Shown: in pieces, positions 53,618-62,828 of the stretch
Layout of the letters: each line of letters opens with the position of its first letter
Numbering within the stretch: the first letter of the stretch is position 1
Assembly: GCA_019119975.1 (NCBI GenBank)
Contig: DWVZ01000150.1
Span: 4,311 to 68,310 of the forward strand
DNA length: 64,000 nt
From: Candidatus Blautia merdavium
GTDB taxonomy: Bacteria; Bacillota; Clostridia; Lachnospirales; Lachnospiraceae
Direction of reading: 5' to 3'
Position numbers and translations under genes: made by a program
Notes under the pieces: model-generated
What the model was told of the DNA's origin: nothing
Seen by the model: only the letters and a program-made list of their open reading frames with translations
Databases searched by the model: none

Positions 53618-56257
53618 TTATTTTAACTGAGCTGACAAAATGTTCGCTGCTTCTTCTAAAGCCTCCGGCACCTTCTCCGGATTCCTGCCTCCTGCCTGCG
53701 CCATATTGGGGCGTCCGCCGCCGCCTCCGCCGACTATGGCAGCAATGCCTTTGATAAGATTGCCTGCATGTGCCCCTGCTTTCTGCGCCTCCTGGGTCAC
53801 CATGGAGAGAAGGTTCACCTTGCCTCCTGCTACACTGGCAAGAACGATCACGCCCTCACCCAGTTTTTCCTTTAACTGGTCTCCTAAGTCACGCAGTCCG
53901 TTCATATCCACGTCAGAAAGAGAAACTGCCAGCAGCTTCACGCCTTTTACTTCCTGTACCTGGTTCATCACATCGCCCACTGCCTCCTGCGCCATTTTGG
54001 CTTTCAGAGACTCGTTTTCACTATGCAGAGCTTTCACTTCTGCCTGCAGGTGAGCGATCTTTTCTTCAATCTCAGCCGGTGAGGTCTTCAGCATTGCCGC
54101 GATCTCAGCCTGACGCTTTTCGATCTCTCTGTAATAAGCAAACACGCCTTCGCCGGTCAGCGCTTCAATACGGCGCACGCCTGCCGCGATTCCGGACTCG
54201 GATACGATCTTAAAGGTGGTGATCACACTGGTGTTTGCCACATGAGTTCCGCCGCAGAGTTCTTTCGAAAAATCTCCCATGGAAACCACCCGGACTTTCT
54301 CTCCGTATTTTTCGCCGAACAGCGCCATAGCGCCGGTCTTCTTAGCCTCTTCAATATCCATCACATCCGTGCGCACCGGAAGGGCTGCACGAATCTCCTG
54401 GTTCACCAGCGCTTCTACCTTGGCGATCTCTTGGGCAGTCATTGCCTGGAAATGAGCAAAGTCAAAACGCAGACGGTCCGGTGTTACCAGAGAACCTTTC
54501 TGCTCTACATGAGAACCCAGCACGGTTTTCAGCGCCTTCTGCAGAAGGTGGGTAGCGCTGTGGTTCTTGCAGCAGTCTTCTCTTCCCTGCTCCGATACTT
54601 TTAACGTAACGGTATCTCCTACCCGGATCACGCCTTTTTTCAGTACGCCTACATGACCGACTTTTCCGCCTCTTAAATGAATGGTGTCCTCTACCTCAAA
54701 TTCAGCGTCCCCGCAGAGGATCACACCCTGATCTCCCTGCTGACCACCCATGGTTGCATAGAAAGGTGTCTGCTCTACCAGAATGGTTCCCTTCTGGTCT
54801 TCGGTCAGCGCCTCTGTCAGCTCTTCCTCTGTGGTAAGGACGGTCACCTTGGAATCCCAGGTCAGATGGTCATAGCCCACGAATTCTGTGGTAATGGAAG
54901 GATCGATCTCATCATAGACAGTAGCGTCTGCTCCCATATAATTGCTGGTTCCCCTGGCAATCCTTGCTTTGGTCCTCTGCTCTTCCATGGCAGCGGCAAA
55001 TCCGGCTTCATCAATGGTGCAGCCTTTCTCTTCCAGAATCTCCTTGGTCAGATCCAGCGGGAATCCGTAGGTATCGTATAATTTAAATGCATCCTCACCG
55101 GAAAGCTCCTTTTTGCCTTCCTGCTGCATTTTCTCTTCCATTTCTCCCAGGATGTGGAGACCCTGGTCAATGGTCTTATTAAACTGTTCTTCCTCTTTGG
55201 TCAGTACGTTAAAGATAAAGTCCTTCTTCTCTTCCAGCTCCGGATATCCGTCCTTAGAGCCTTCGATCACGGTGGCGCTGAGCGTTGCAAGGAACTTGCC
55301 GTCAATGCCCAACAGGCGTCCGTGACGGGCAGCCCGGCGGATCAGACGGCGAAGCACATAGCCTCTTCCCTCATTGGTAGGCATAATGCCGTCCGAGATC
55401 ATAAAGGTAGCGGAGCGGATGTGGTCTGTGATCAGACGGATGGACACATCCTTCGCCTCGTCTTTCTTATATTCAGTGTGGGCAAGCTCACAGACTTTGT
55501 TTCTCAGGGCGCAGATGGTATCCACATCAAAGATAGAGTCCACATCCTGAACGACAGATGCCAGACGCTCCAGTCCCATACCGGTGTCAATATTTTTCTG
55601 TTCCAGTTCCGTGTAATGTCCTTCTCCGTCGTTGTCAAACTGGGTAAAAACGTTGTTCCAGATCTCCATATAGCGGTCGCAGTCGCAGCCTACCGTACAG
55701 CCTGGTTTGCCGCAGCCGTACTTCTCTCCTCTGTCATAGTAAACCTCGGAACAGGGACCGCAGGGACCTGCGCCGTGCTCCCAGAAGTTATCTTCCTTGC
55801 CGAAGCGGAAGATCCTCTCTGCCGGAATGCCGATCTCCTTATTCCAGATTTCAAAAGCTTCATCGTCATCCTGATAAACAGACGGATAGAGACGGTCCGG
55901 ATCCAGACCGATCACCTCGGTCAAAAATTCCCAGGACCAGGCAATGGCTTCGTGTTTAAAATAATCTCCAAATGAGAAATTTCCCAGCATTTCAAAAAAA
56001 GTACCATGGCGGGCAGTCTTTCCCACGTTTTCAATGTCTCCGGTACGGATACATTTCTGGCAGGTGGTCACCCTGCGTCTGGGCGGGATCTCAGCCCCTG
56101 TAAAGTATGGCTTTAAAGGCGCCATTCCTGAATTGATCAAAAGGAGGCTCTTATCGTTGTGAGGAACCAAAGAAAAGCTCTTCATAGCCAGATGTCCCTT
56201 ACTTTCAAAGAACTCCAAAAACATTTTTCTAAGTTCGTTTACTCCGTATTTCTGCAC
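53618..56257 (-). CDS. alaS: Alanine--tRNA ligase
   Basis: NELRKMFLEFFESKGH N-terminus, class II core, editing domain (HSATHLL), and a C-terminal DHHA1 domain with GGGGGRPNMAQAGG. I prefer a GTG start at 56257 (VQKYGVNELRK) because AGGAGG lies 7 nt upstream. The ATG at 56302 has no RBS. Confidence 0.93.
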   Translation of the reverse strand: MQKYGVNELRKMFLEFFESKGHLAMKSFSLVPHNDKSLLLINSGMAPLKPYFTGAEIPPRRRVTTCQKCIRTGDIENVGKTARHGTFFEMLGNFSFGDYFKHEAIAWSWEFLTEVIGLDPDRLYPSVYQDDDEAFEIWNKEIGIPAERIFRFGKEDNFWEHGAGPCGPCSEVYYDRGEKYGCGKPGCTVGCDCDRYMEIWNNVFTQFDNDGEGHYTELEQKNIDTGMGLERLASVVQDVDSIFDVDTICALRNKVCELAHTEYKKDEAKDVSIRLITDHIRSATFMISDGIMPTNEGRGYVLRRLIRRAARHGRLLGIDGKFLATLSATVIEGSKDGYPELEEKKDFIFNVLTKEEEQFNKTIDQGLHILGEMEEKMQQEGKKELSGEDAFKLYDTYGFPLDLTKEILEEKGCTIDEAGFAAAMEEQRTKARIARGTSNYMGADATVYDEIDPSITTEFVGYDHLTWDSKVTVLTTEEELTEALTEDQKGTILVEQTPFYATMGGQQGDQGVILCGDAEFEVEDTIHLRGGKVGHVGVLKKGVIRVGDTVTLKVSEQGREDCCKNHSATHLLQKALKTVLGSHVEQKGSLVTPDRLRFDFAHFQAMTAQEIAKVEALVNQEIRAALPVRTDVMDIEEAKKTGAMALFGEKYGEKVRVVSMGDFSKELCGGTHVANTSVITTFKIVSESGIAAGVRRIEALTGEGVFAYYREIEKRQAEIAAMLKTSPAEIEEKIAHLQAEVKALHSENESLKAKMAQEAVGDVMNQVQEVKGVKLLAVSLSDVDMNGLRDLGDQLKEKLGEGVIVLASVAGGKVNLLSMVTQEAQKAGAHAGNLIKGIAAIVGGGGGGRPNMAQAGGRNPEKVPEALEEAANILSAQLK

Positions 56258-56432
56258 GGTTTTTCCCTCCTGAGTGTCTGTCACTTCTATTTTTTTCATC
56301 ATTGTTTTTTATCATAGCACAGGATACCCGTTCTTGACAAGAGGACATGCGCCCTTTCCTTCTCATACAGTCCAAATCTATTTCATAAATGGTGTTCTCT
56401 TCTTCCACCAGTTTTGTCTTTTCATATTCCAT
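56229..56432 (-). CDS. Possible small ORF (67 aa) upstream of alaS and overlapping its start
   Basis: AAAGGAG RBS 7 nt before ATG 56432 (MEYEKTKLVEEENTIYEIDLDCM...). The 3' part overlaps a candidate alaS promoter and the alaS start region, so its coding status is uncertain. Confidence 0.3.
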   Translation of the reverse strand: MEYEKTKLVEEENTIYEIDLDCMRRKGRMSSCQERVSCAMIKNNDEKNRSDRHSGGKNRAEIRSKRT

Positions 56433-56567
56433 ACTGATTTCTCCTTTCCTTCTATCTTATGCAGAAGCCGCCTGCGTTGAGCCATGACACGGTTTTCTTT
56501 CCTGTGCCGGGTATCGGGTGCTTTTTGATGCATAAACCCTTTGCTTTCGGCATAAGGTGAGGTAAGA

Positions 56568-56963
56568 ATGTCTAAGGAGTATGAAGCCTTTATGGACTCT
56601 CAGTCTTTATTAGATGAAATGGTCAGCGAGGATTCGGTTCAGCTTCTAAAAGCAGCCCTTCCCTATATCCCCTCCTCCAGGCAGCCTGCCGTTTCAGTCT
56701 TTGCAAAATTTCTGGAGCTGCAGAATACCATCCGTCTTTTCCATACGGCTCCGGGAACCATGCAGATCTGCGGCAGTGACCAGGTAAAATCCAGCCCGCT
56801 GGAAATGCTCTCTGCCTGCAGCAAGGTCTGCCACGGTCCTGTGAAAGAACAGATCGATTCCATGATCAATGCCTTTGCCATGATGCAGATGCTGGAGCTG
56901 TCCCAGCAGCCCCCGGTGTCTTCCTGTGAATCCCGCCAAGAAACGGAGGTCTCCCATGAGTGA
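56568..56963 (+). CDS. Hypothetical protein (131 aa)
   Basis: AAGGTGAGG RBS before ATG 56568. The 3' end overlaps the next ORF by 8 nt. I recognised no domain. Confidence 0.55.
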   Translation: MSKEYEAFMDSQSLLDEMVSEDSVQLLKAALPYIPSSRQPAVSVFAKFLELQNTIRLFHTAPGTMQICGSDQVKSSPLEMLSACSKVCHGPVKEQIDSMINAFAMMQMLELSQQPPVSSCESRQETEVSHE

Positions 56964-57243
56964 AAATCCAACCAATCCTTCCTGGACAGAGCATCCCTCC
57001 CTGGAAGGCATTGACACCGGCAAGCTGGCGCTCTTAAATTCCCTGGCACAACAGGGAAAGGGGAAAAGCCCTCAGGAGCTTCTCCCCTTTCTCATGTCAG
57101 CGGCCTCCCAGAACAAATCCAGGGGCATGAAATTTTCTCCGAAAGAAATGGACACCATCCTGCAGGTTCTGAAGATCGGCAAATCTCCCGAAGAGATCCA
57201 GCGTATGGAACAGCTGATTCAGATGATGAAACTTCTGCACTGA
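56956..57243 (+). CDS. Hypothetical protein (95 aa)
   Basis: ATG 56956 (MSENPTNPSW...) follows ACGGAGG and overlaps the stop region of the preceding ORF. I recognised no domain. Confidence 0.5.
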   Translation: MSENPTNPSWTEHPSLEGIDTGKLALLNSLAQQGKGKSPQELLPFLMSAASQNKSRGMKFSPKEMDTILQVLKIGKSPEEIQRMEQLIQMMKLLH

Positions 57244-57268
57244 CGGTCTCACACGCCGCAGCCTGCCG

Positions 57269-58519
57269 TCACATTTCCATCAGACACGCCCGGAGCAGCA
57301 CCAGGGCATTGGCGACCGCCTGTTCTCTTACGCTGCTTCGGTTTCCTGCAAAATGATATTCCTTTACGGTGGTCCTTCCTTTCAGACAGCAGCCGATGAA
57401 CACCGTGCCCACCGGGGCTTCTACCCCTCCTTCCGGTCCCGCAAACCCGGTCACCGATACCGCAGCATCCGCTCCTGTCACAAGGCATCCGCCCTTTGCC
57501 ATCTCTTTTGCGCATTTCTCACTGACTGCCCCGTACTCTTTTAAAGTACTTTTCTTTACGTTTACCAGGTTTCTTTTTGCTTTGTTGCTGTAAGTGATAA
57601 AGCCCTGCTTCAGTACCTGGGAAGCCCCCGGCACATCGATGATCCTGGCAGACAGGGCGCCTCCTGTGCAGGATTCCACAGTGGTAAGCGTCATGCCCCG
57701 TTCTTTCATCAGCTCTACCACAGCTGCCTCCAGTGTGGTCTGTTCCTCCCTGGCATAGACCCAGCTGCCAAACCGTTTTTCCAGTTCCCGGATCATTGGC
57801 TGGAGCATCCTTTGCGCCTCTTCTTCCTTTTCAGCCTTTGCTGTGATCCGGATATGGACCTCGCCGGTTTTGGCATAAGTGGCAATGGTGGGGTTGGTCT
57901 GTTTCTCGATCAGGTCCCGGATCTTGGTCTCTGCCTGGCTTTCTCCCATACCGCAGATCTTCACGGTGGCGGAGCAGATCACCTCCGGCTGTTTTCTTCT
58001 CAAATAAGGGGCAACCTTTTTTTCAAAAAGCGGGATCATTTCCCCCGGAGGTCCCGGAAGCAGGATCAAAGTGGTCCCTTCCTCCTCCAGGATCAGCCCC
58101 GGCGCCGTTCCATTTTCGTTTTCCAGCACCAGAGCGCCCTGGGGGATCTGTGCCTGCTTCCAGTTGTTCTCAGTTAATTTTTCCTGAGGATGCCAGCGCA
58201 GATATTCTTCCATGAATTTCTGGATGTGTTTTTTGGTACCGGGATCTTCTACCAGTTCTCTTTTCAGCACTTTTGCGGCAGTCTCTTTTGTCAGATCATC
58301 CTGGGTAGGTCCCAGACCTCCGCACAAAAAGACGATGTCCGACCGCTTCCGCGCGGTCCGTATGGCGCTGGAAAGCCGTCTCTTATTATCTCCCACCACA
58401 CTCTGGTGATACACAGACAAGCCCAGCTTCGCGCATTCCCTCGCCAGATAGGCGGCGTTGGTATTGACGATATCACCCAGTAAAAGCTCTGTTCCCACAC
58501 AGATCAGTTCTGCCGTCAT
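57269..58519 (-). CDS. cinA: CinA-family competence/damage-inducible protein (MoCF-type domain + nicotinamide-nucleotide amidase domain)
   Basis: MTAELICVGTELLLGDIVNTNAAYLA N-terminus and a C-terminal PncC-type domain (TVESCTGG). AAAGGAG RBS. Confidence 0.92.
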   Translation of the reverse strand: MTAELICVGTELLLGDIVNTNAAYLARECAKLGLSVYHQSVVGDNKRRLSSAIRTARKRSDIVFLCGGLGPTQDDLTKETAAKVLKRELVEDPGTKKHIQKFMEEYLRWHPQEKLTENNWKQAQIPQGALVLENENGTAPGLILEEEGTTLILLPGPPGEMIPLFEKKVAPYLRRKQPEVICSATVKICGMGESQAETKIRDLIEKQTNPTIATYAKTGEVHIRITAKAEKEEEAQRMLQPMIRELEKRFGSWVYAREEQTTLEAAVVELMKERGMTLTTVESCTGGALSARIIDVPGASQVLKQGFITYSNKAKRNLVNVKKSTLKEYGAVSEKCAKEMAKGGCLVTGADAAVSVTGFAGPEGGVEAPVGTVFIGCCLKGRTTVKEYHFAGNRSSVREQAVANALVLLRACLMEM

Positions 58520-58536
58520 AAAGCTGCTCCTTTCTC

Positions 58537-59079
58537 TTAATCCTGCATGCTCAGCACGCTCTTATTCTTCCTAATGTAATCCACCAGGGAAACCACCGTC
58601 AGCACTACAGCGATCACCACGAAAATCTGGATCAGCATCTGGAAAGCACGGTACGGAAGATCCATAATCATTAAAATAATCAGGATCATCTGGGACACGG
58701 TCTTAAATTTTCCCCAGTAGCTTGCCGCGATCACAATGCCGTTGTCCGCCGCGATCAGACGGAAACCGCTGATGATAAATTCTCTGGCAATAATGATAAT
58801 GGTGATCCACGCAGCCAGCTGCCCTGTGGCAGTAAAGCAGATCAGAGCAGAACAAACCAGAAGTTTATCTGCCAGAGGATCCATAAACTTGCCGAAATTC
58901 GTTACCAGATGGTATTTTCTCGCCAGATAGCCGTCCAGGGTATCGGTCAGGCTGGCAATGATAAAGATCGCCAGCGCCACCCATTTGCCTGCGCTTCCCA
59001 CAATGTCATACATGAGGAACGCTACAAAAAAAGGAATCATTATCACTCTTGCAATGGTCAGTTTATTCGGTGTATTCAT
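58537..59079 (-). CDS. pgsA: CDP-diacylglycerol--glycerol-3-phosphate 3-phosphatidyltransferase
   Basis: The CDP-alcohol phosphatidyltransferase motif is present: DTLDGYLARKY....GKFMDPLADK. Four TM helices. Confidence 0.92.
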   Translation of the reverse strand: MNTPNKLTIARVIMIPFFVAFLMYDIVGSAGKWVALAIFIIASLTDTLDGYLARKYHLVTNFGKFMDPLADKLLVCSALICFTATGQLAAWITIIIIAREFIISGFRLIAADNGIVIAASYWGKFKTVSQMILIILMIMDLPYRAFQMLIQIFVVIAVVLTVVSLVDYIRKNKSVLSMQD

Positions 59080-60403
59080 CTTTCAACTCTCCTATCAAAT
59101 CATATTCCAAGGCGCCGGTCACATGCACCAGGGCAAAGTCCCCGGACAAAAGCTCCGTGTCCGTATTGACAAAAATGTAGCCGTCCACATTGGGGGCGTC
59201 CCCGTAAGTCCTTCCCACATAGGCATTTTCATCGGCTACCTTGCCCTCGATCATGACCTCCACCTCTGTGCCGATCCGCTGGTTCCCCTTATCCAGGGAA
59301 ATCTCCTGCTGCAGTTCCATCAGTTCAGCCTGACGGTCCAGTTTGACCTCCTCATCGATCTGATCCGGCATCCTCGCCGCCGGGGTATCCTCTTCCGCAG
59401 AATAAGTAAACACGCCCAGCCGGTCAAATTCCATGGTATCGATAAATTCCATCAGCTCCTCATGGTCCTCCTGGGTCTCTCCCGGAAAGCCAGTGATCAG
59501 TGTGGTCCGCAGGATAATATCCGGGATCTCCCGGCGCAAAGTTCCAACGATATCCATCAGCTCCTGCTTGGTGGTCCTTCTTCCCATGCGTTTTAAGATC
59601 CGGTCACTGCAGTGCTGAATGGGCAGATCCAGGTAATGACAGATCTTCTTTTCTTTTTTCATGGTCTCGATCAGTTCCGGATAGATCTCCTCCGGATAGC
59701 AGTACAGCACCCGGATCCACTGGATCCCCGGGATCCGGCACAGCTTCTTAAGCAGGATGTGCAGGGATTTCTTCCCATAAAGGTCTGTTCCGTAAATGGT
59801 GGTCTCCTGTGCTACGACGATCAGTTCCCGAACGCCTTTTTCTGCCATGTATTCTGCCTGGGCGATCAGCTCCTCCATGGGCACGCTTCTGTAATTTCCC
59901 CGCAGTTTGGGGATGATGCAGTAGGTGCACCGCTTGTCGCAGCCTTCCGCGATTTTCAGATAATCAAAATAGCCGCCTGTGGTGATCACCCTTTTCCCGG
60001 AGGTTTTCGGCAGATAGTCGGTGTCTTTGAACTCCAGATACCGCTCTCCCTCATAAACCTGATCCAGGGCTTTTAAGATCTCGTCAAAGCTGGTGGTTCC
60101 CAGGACAGCATCCACTTCCGGGATCTCCTCTATGATCTCCTTTTGATAACGCTGGGCAAGGCAGCCTGTCACCAGAAGGGCTTTTGCTGTGCCTGCCTTT
60201 TTATACTCTGCCATTTCCAGGATGGTATTGACGCTCTCCTCTTTGGCATCGTGGATGAAGGCACAGGTGTTGATCACTATGACCTCCGCCTGGGTTTCCT
60301 CATCGGTGATCTCATATCCATGTCCCACCAGCATACCCAGCATTTCCTCCGAATCCGCCAGGTTCTTATCACATCCCAGTGAGACAAACAGTACTTTTCT
60401 CAT
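59063..60403 (-). CDS. rimO: Ribosomal protein S12 methylthiotransferase
   Basis: The MTTase N-domain (FVSLGCDKNLADSE), radical-SAM CDKRCTYCIIP and a C-terminal TRAM domain. ATG 60403 follows AAAGGAGG. Confidence 0.88.
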   Translation of the reverse strand: MRKVLFVSLGCDKNLADSEEMLGMLVGHGYEITDEETQAEVIVINTCAFIHDAKEESVNTILEMAEYKKAGTAKALLVTGCLAQRYQKEIIEEIPEVDAVLGTTSFDEILKALDQVYEGERYLEFKDTDYLPKTSGKRVITTGGYFDYLKIAEGCDKRCTYCIIPKLRGNYRSVPMEELIAQAEYMAEKGVRELIVVAQETTIYGTDLYGKKSLHILLKKLCRIPGIQWIRVLYCYPEEIYPELIETMKKEKKICHYLDLPIQHCSDRILKRMGRRTTKQELMDIVGTLRREIPDIILRTTLITGFPGETQEDHEELMEFIDTMEFDRLGVFTYSAEEDTPAARMPDQIDEEVKLDRQAELMELQQEISLDKGNQRIGTEVEVMIEGKVADENAYVGRTYGDAPNVDGYIFVNTDTELLSGDFALVHVTGALEYDLIGELKDEYTE

Positions 60404-60470
60404 ACAGCCTCCTTTCGGATATGCACAAAGGACTGCCGGCAAGAAGCTGTCAGCAGTCCCTGTACATAGA

Positions 60471-60761
60471 TTAAATATTTTCTTCGGTTGTGGTATCTTC
60501 CAGAGCAGCTTCTTCCTCTGCTGCTTCTTCCGGTTCATCAGGCAAAATGTGGACTTTGCCTTTGTAGAACTCTTCCACTGCTACGGACAGCGGCTTCTTT
60601 CCCACGGAGGGGACTGTGGCTTCTTTTCCCCCGATCAGCTGTCTGGCTCTTTTGCTGGTCGCCAGGACAACGGAGTAACGGCTGGTTACTAATGGTTCAT
60701 CCTCCAGCTCTGCTCCTTCGTTGATCGCCTGCATTAATTCTGTATAAGACGGATGTATCAT
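60471..60761 (-). CDS. rpoZ: DNA-directed RNA polymerase subunit omega
   Basis: MIHPSYTELMQ...SRYSVVLATSKRARQL is the omega signature, with an acidic tail. ATG 60761 forms an ATGA overlap with the gmk stop. Confidence 0.88.
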   Translation of the reverse strand: MIHPSYTELMQAINEGAELEDEPLVTSRYSVVLATSKRARQLIGGKEATVPSVGKKPLSVAVEEFYKGKVHILPDEPEEAAEEEAALEDTTTEENI

Positions 60762-61399
60762 AATTCTTCTCCTTTCCCGAATACTGCAATTTCTTCTGTG
60801 ATCTTTTCGATAAACTCCCGGCAGTTTTCTGTCTTGTCGTGCTGGCTCTGGATCACTTGGTGCATCCGGTCCACACACTCCTCCACCGTGTCGTTTACCA
60901 GTATATAATCATACTCAGGCATGCCTTTTGCTTCTTCTGAGGCCCTTCTGAGTCTTGATTCAATGATTTCCATGCTTTCAGTTCCCCGGTTTACCAGGCG
61001 GCGTTTCAGCTCCTGGGCGCTTGGCGGGGTGACGAACAGCAGCAGGGTGTCCGGAAGCTTTTTCTTTACTTTCAGAGCGCCCTGGATCTCGATCTCCAGG
61101 ATCACGTCTTTTCCCGCATTTAACTGCTTCTCCACGTAAGCCTTGGGCGTTCCGTAATAATTGTCCACGTACTGCGCGTGCTCGATCAGCGCGTCCTGCA
61201 GGATCAGCTCCTCAAACTCCTGTTTTGTGTGGAAGAAGTATTCTCTTCCGTGCTCCTCGCCTTCTCTGGGCGCCCTTGTGGTGGCAGAGACAGACAGCGC
61301 GTAATTGTCGTATTTCTCCAGAAGGCGCTTCATCAGTGTTCCCTTTCCGGCTCCAGAAAAGCCGGATACTACTACTAAGATTCCCTTTTTAGTCATCAT
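60758..61399 (-). CDS. gmk: Guanylate kinase
   Basis: P-loop VVVSGFSGAGKGT, SATTRAPREGE, and the YFF/Y-G-T motif. Confidence 0.93.
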   Translation of the reverse strand: MMTKKGILVVVSGFSGAGKGTLMKRLLEKYDNYALSVSATTRAPREGEEHGREYFFHTKQEFEELILQDALIEHAQYVDNYYGTPKAYVEKQLNAGKDVILEIEIQGALKVKKKLPDTLLLFVTPPSAQELKRRLVNRGTESMEIIESRLRRASEEAKGMPEYDYILVNDTVEECVDRMHQVIQSQHDKTENCREFIEKITEEIAVFGKGEEL

Positions 61400-61661
61400 A
61401 TTCCCCTTTTGCTTCATTTTCCGGAAGTGTTCCGAATCGTTTTGCTATGGTTTCCGGCTGCAGCGCAGATAAGATCACCAGTTCTCCGCTTGTGATCAGG
61501 ACTGCCTTTGTCTTTCTGCCCTGGGTGGCATCCACAGACTTTCCCGCTTCCTTTGCCGCCTGGACCAGGCGTTTGATGGGCGCGGCGTCCGGGCTGACTA
61601 CAGCCACCACCTTATCCATATTTACTACATTTCCGAAACCAATATTCAATAATCTTGACAT
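61389..61661 (-). CDS. remA: RemA/DUF370-family regulator
   Basis: The sequence MSRLLNIGFGNVVNMDKVVAVVSPDAAPIKRLVQAAKE...LITSGELVILSALQPETIAKRF is typical of RemA. Confidence 0.9.
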   Translation of the reverse strand: MSRLLNIGFGNVVNMDKVVAVVSPDAAPIKRLVQAAKEAGKSVDATQGRKTKAVLITSGELVILSALQPETIAKRFGTLPENEAKGEYDD

Positions 61662-61681
61662 TGCCAACCTGCCTTTTCGCG

Positions 61682-62560
61682 TCATTCAATATTCTGAATC
61701 TGTTCTCTTACTTTTTCAATCTCTGTCTTTAAGTCGATCGCAAGATTGGAAGTTTCCAGATCATTGGCTTTTGACAAAATGGTGTTTGCCTCCCGGTTCA
61801 TCTCCTGAGCGATGAAATCCAGCTTTCTGCCAATGCCCTCGCTTTCGGATAAAACCTTTGCCATATGCCGGATGTGGCTTCTCAGCCGGACCGTCTCTTC
61901 ATCGGTACAGATCTTGTCCGCAAAGAGGATCACTTCCGCCGCGATCCTGCTCTCCTCGATCTGGGTATCGGAAAGGAGCTCTTTTACCTTGGTCTCCAGC
62001 TTTTCCCTATACTCCTTCAGGATCTGAGGGGACCGGGCTTCCACCAGGTCTACCTTTTTCTCCATGCCGTCCAGCTTTTCTAAAATGTCACGGCGCAGAT
62101 GCTCTCCTTCTCTTTCCCTGGCTTCCACAAACTGAGCTGCCGCCTCCCGGATCACCTGAGAAAGAAGATCCCACAGCCGGCTCTCGTCCACTGCCTGCTC
62201 TTCCATGGTGAAAACTTCCGGGTATCTGGAAAGCATTCCCACACTGATATCCTGATCCAGTCCGAACTCATCGCCCATCTCTTCCAGGTATTCCAGATAC
62301 TGCCGGGCGATCTCTTTGTTGTACTTGATGAAAACGCCGGCTTTCGTGTAGTCCTCATAGGTAATAAAGAGATCCACCTTTCCTCTCTGGATCGATTCCT
62401 TTAAAAGGCTGCGGATCGATGCCTCAAAAATACTAAGCTTCTTGGGCATGCGCATATTGATATCCAGATACCGGTGATTTACGGATTTCATCTCTACCGT
62501 AATCTTCTTTTCCTCATCCAGTCTTTCGGCTCTGCCGAAACCGGTCATGCTTTTTATCAT
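61682..62560 (-). CDS. yicC: YicC-family stress-induced protein (endoribonuclease YicC/YloC)
   Basis: MIKSMTGFGRAE...SVNHRYLD N-terminus and the C-terminal DUF1732 motif (EMNREANTILSKA). Confidence 0.9.
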   Translation of the reverse strand: MIKSMTGFGRAERLDEEKKITVEMKSVNHRYLDINMRMPKKLSIFEASIRSLLKESIQRGKVDLFITYEDYTKAGVFIKYNKEIARQYLEYLEEMGDEFGLDQDISVGMLSRYPEVFTMEEQAVDESRLWDLLSQVIREAAAQFVEAREREGEHLRRDILEKLDGMEKKVDLVEARSPQILKEYREKLETKVKELLSDTQIEESRIAAEVILFADKICTDEETVRLRSHIRHMAKVLSESEGIGRKLDFIAQEMNREANTILSKANDLETSNLAIDLKTEIEKVREQIQNIE

Positions 62561-62697
62561 GTCTGAACTCTTTTCTGTAACTCTTATTTACCTTTGCCGC
62601 CTGCCTGAATCTCCGTCTTTTCCCGGCTGCAGGTTCCCAAAGGCATAAACATACATAATTATTATAAGACAATCACTTTTTATCGTCAAATATTTTT

Positions 62698-62726
62698 TTG
62701 CCTCTTTCTAAAATTTATGGTAAGAT
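62698..62726 (+). promoter_or_regulatory. Candidate sigma-A promoter for rqcH (extended -10)
   Basis: TTGCCT (62698-62703), 17-nt spacer ending in TGG, TAAGAT (62721-62726). About 100-nt leader to the ATG at 62829. Confidence 0.45.
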
Positions 62727-62828
62727 GTAGAAAGTATATTGCCAAAACAGCAGCAAGGTGGGTAATTCCTTACTGGCTGTAAGGGATATTTGCCATAAAT
62801 ATATTGTATAGATAGGAGATGAAAACAG

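Noticed and set aside
56303-56560. A T-box leader upstream of alaS, by analogy with tyrS and trpE.
   Set aside because: There is no GGUGGUACCGCG-like T-box sequence and no terminator/antiterminator pair. The only GGUGG is followed by AAGAAG.
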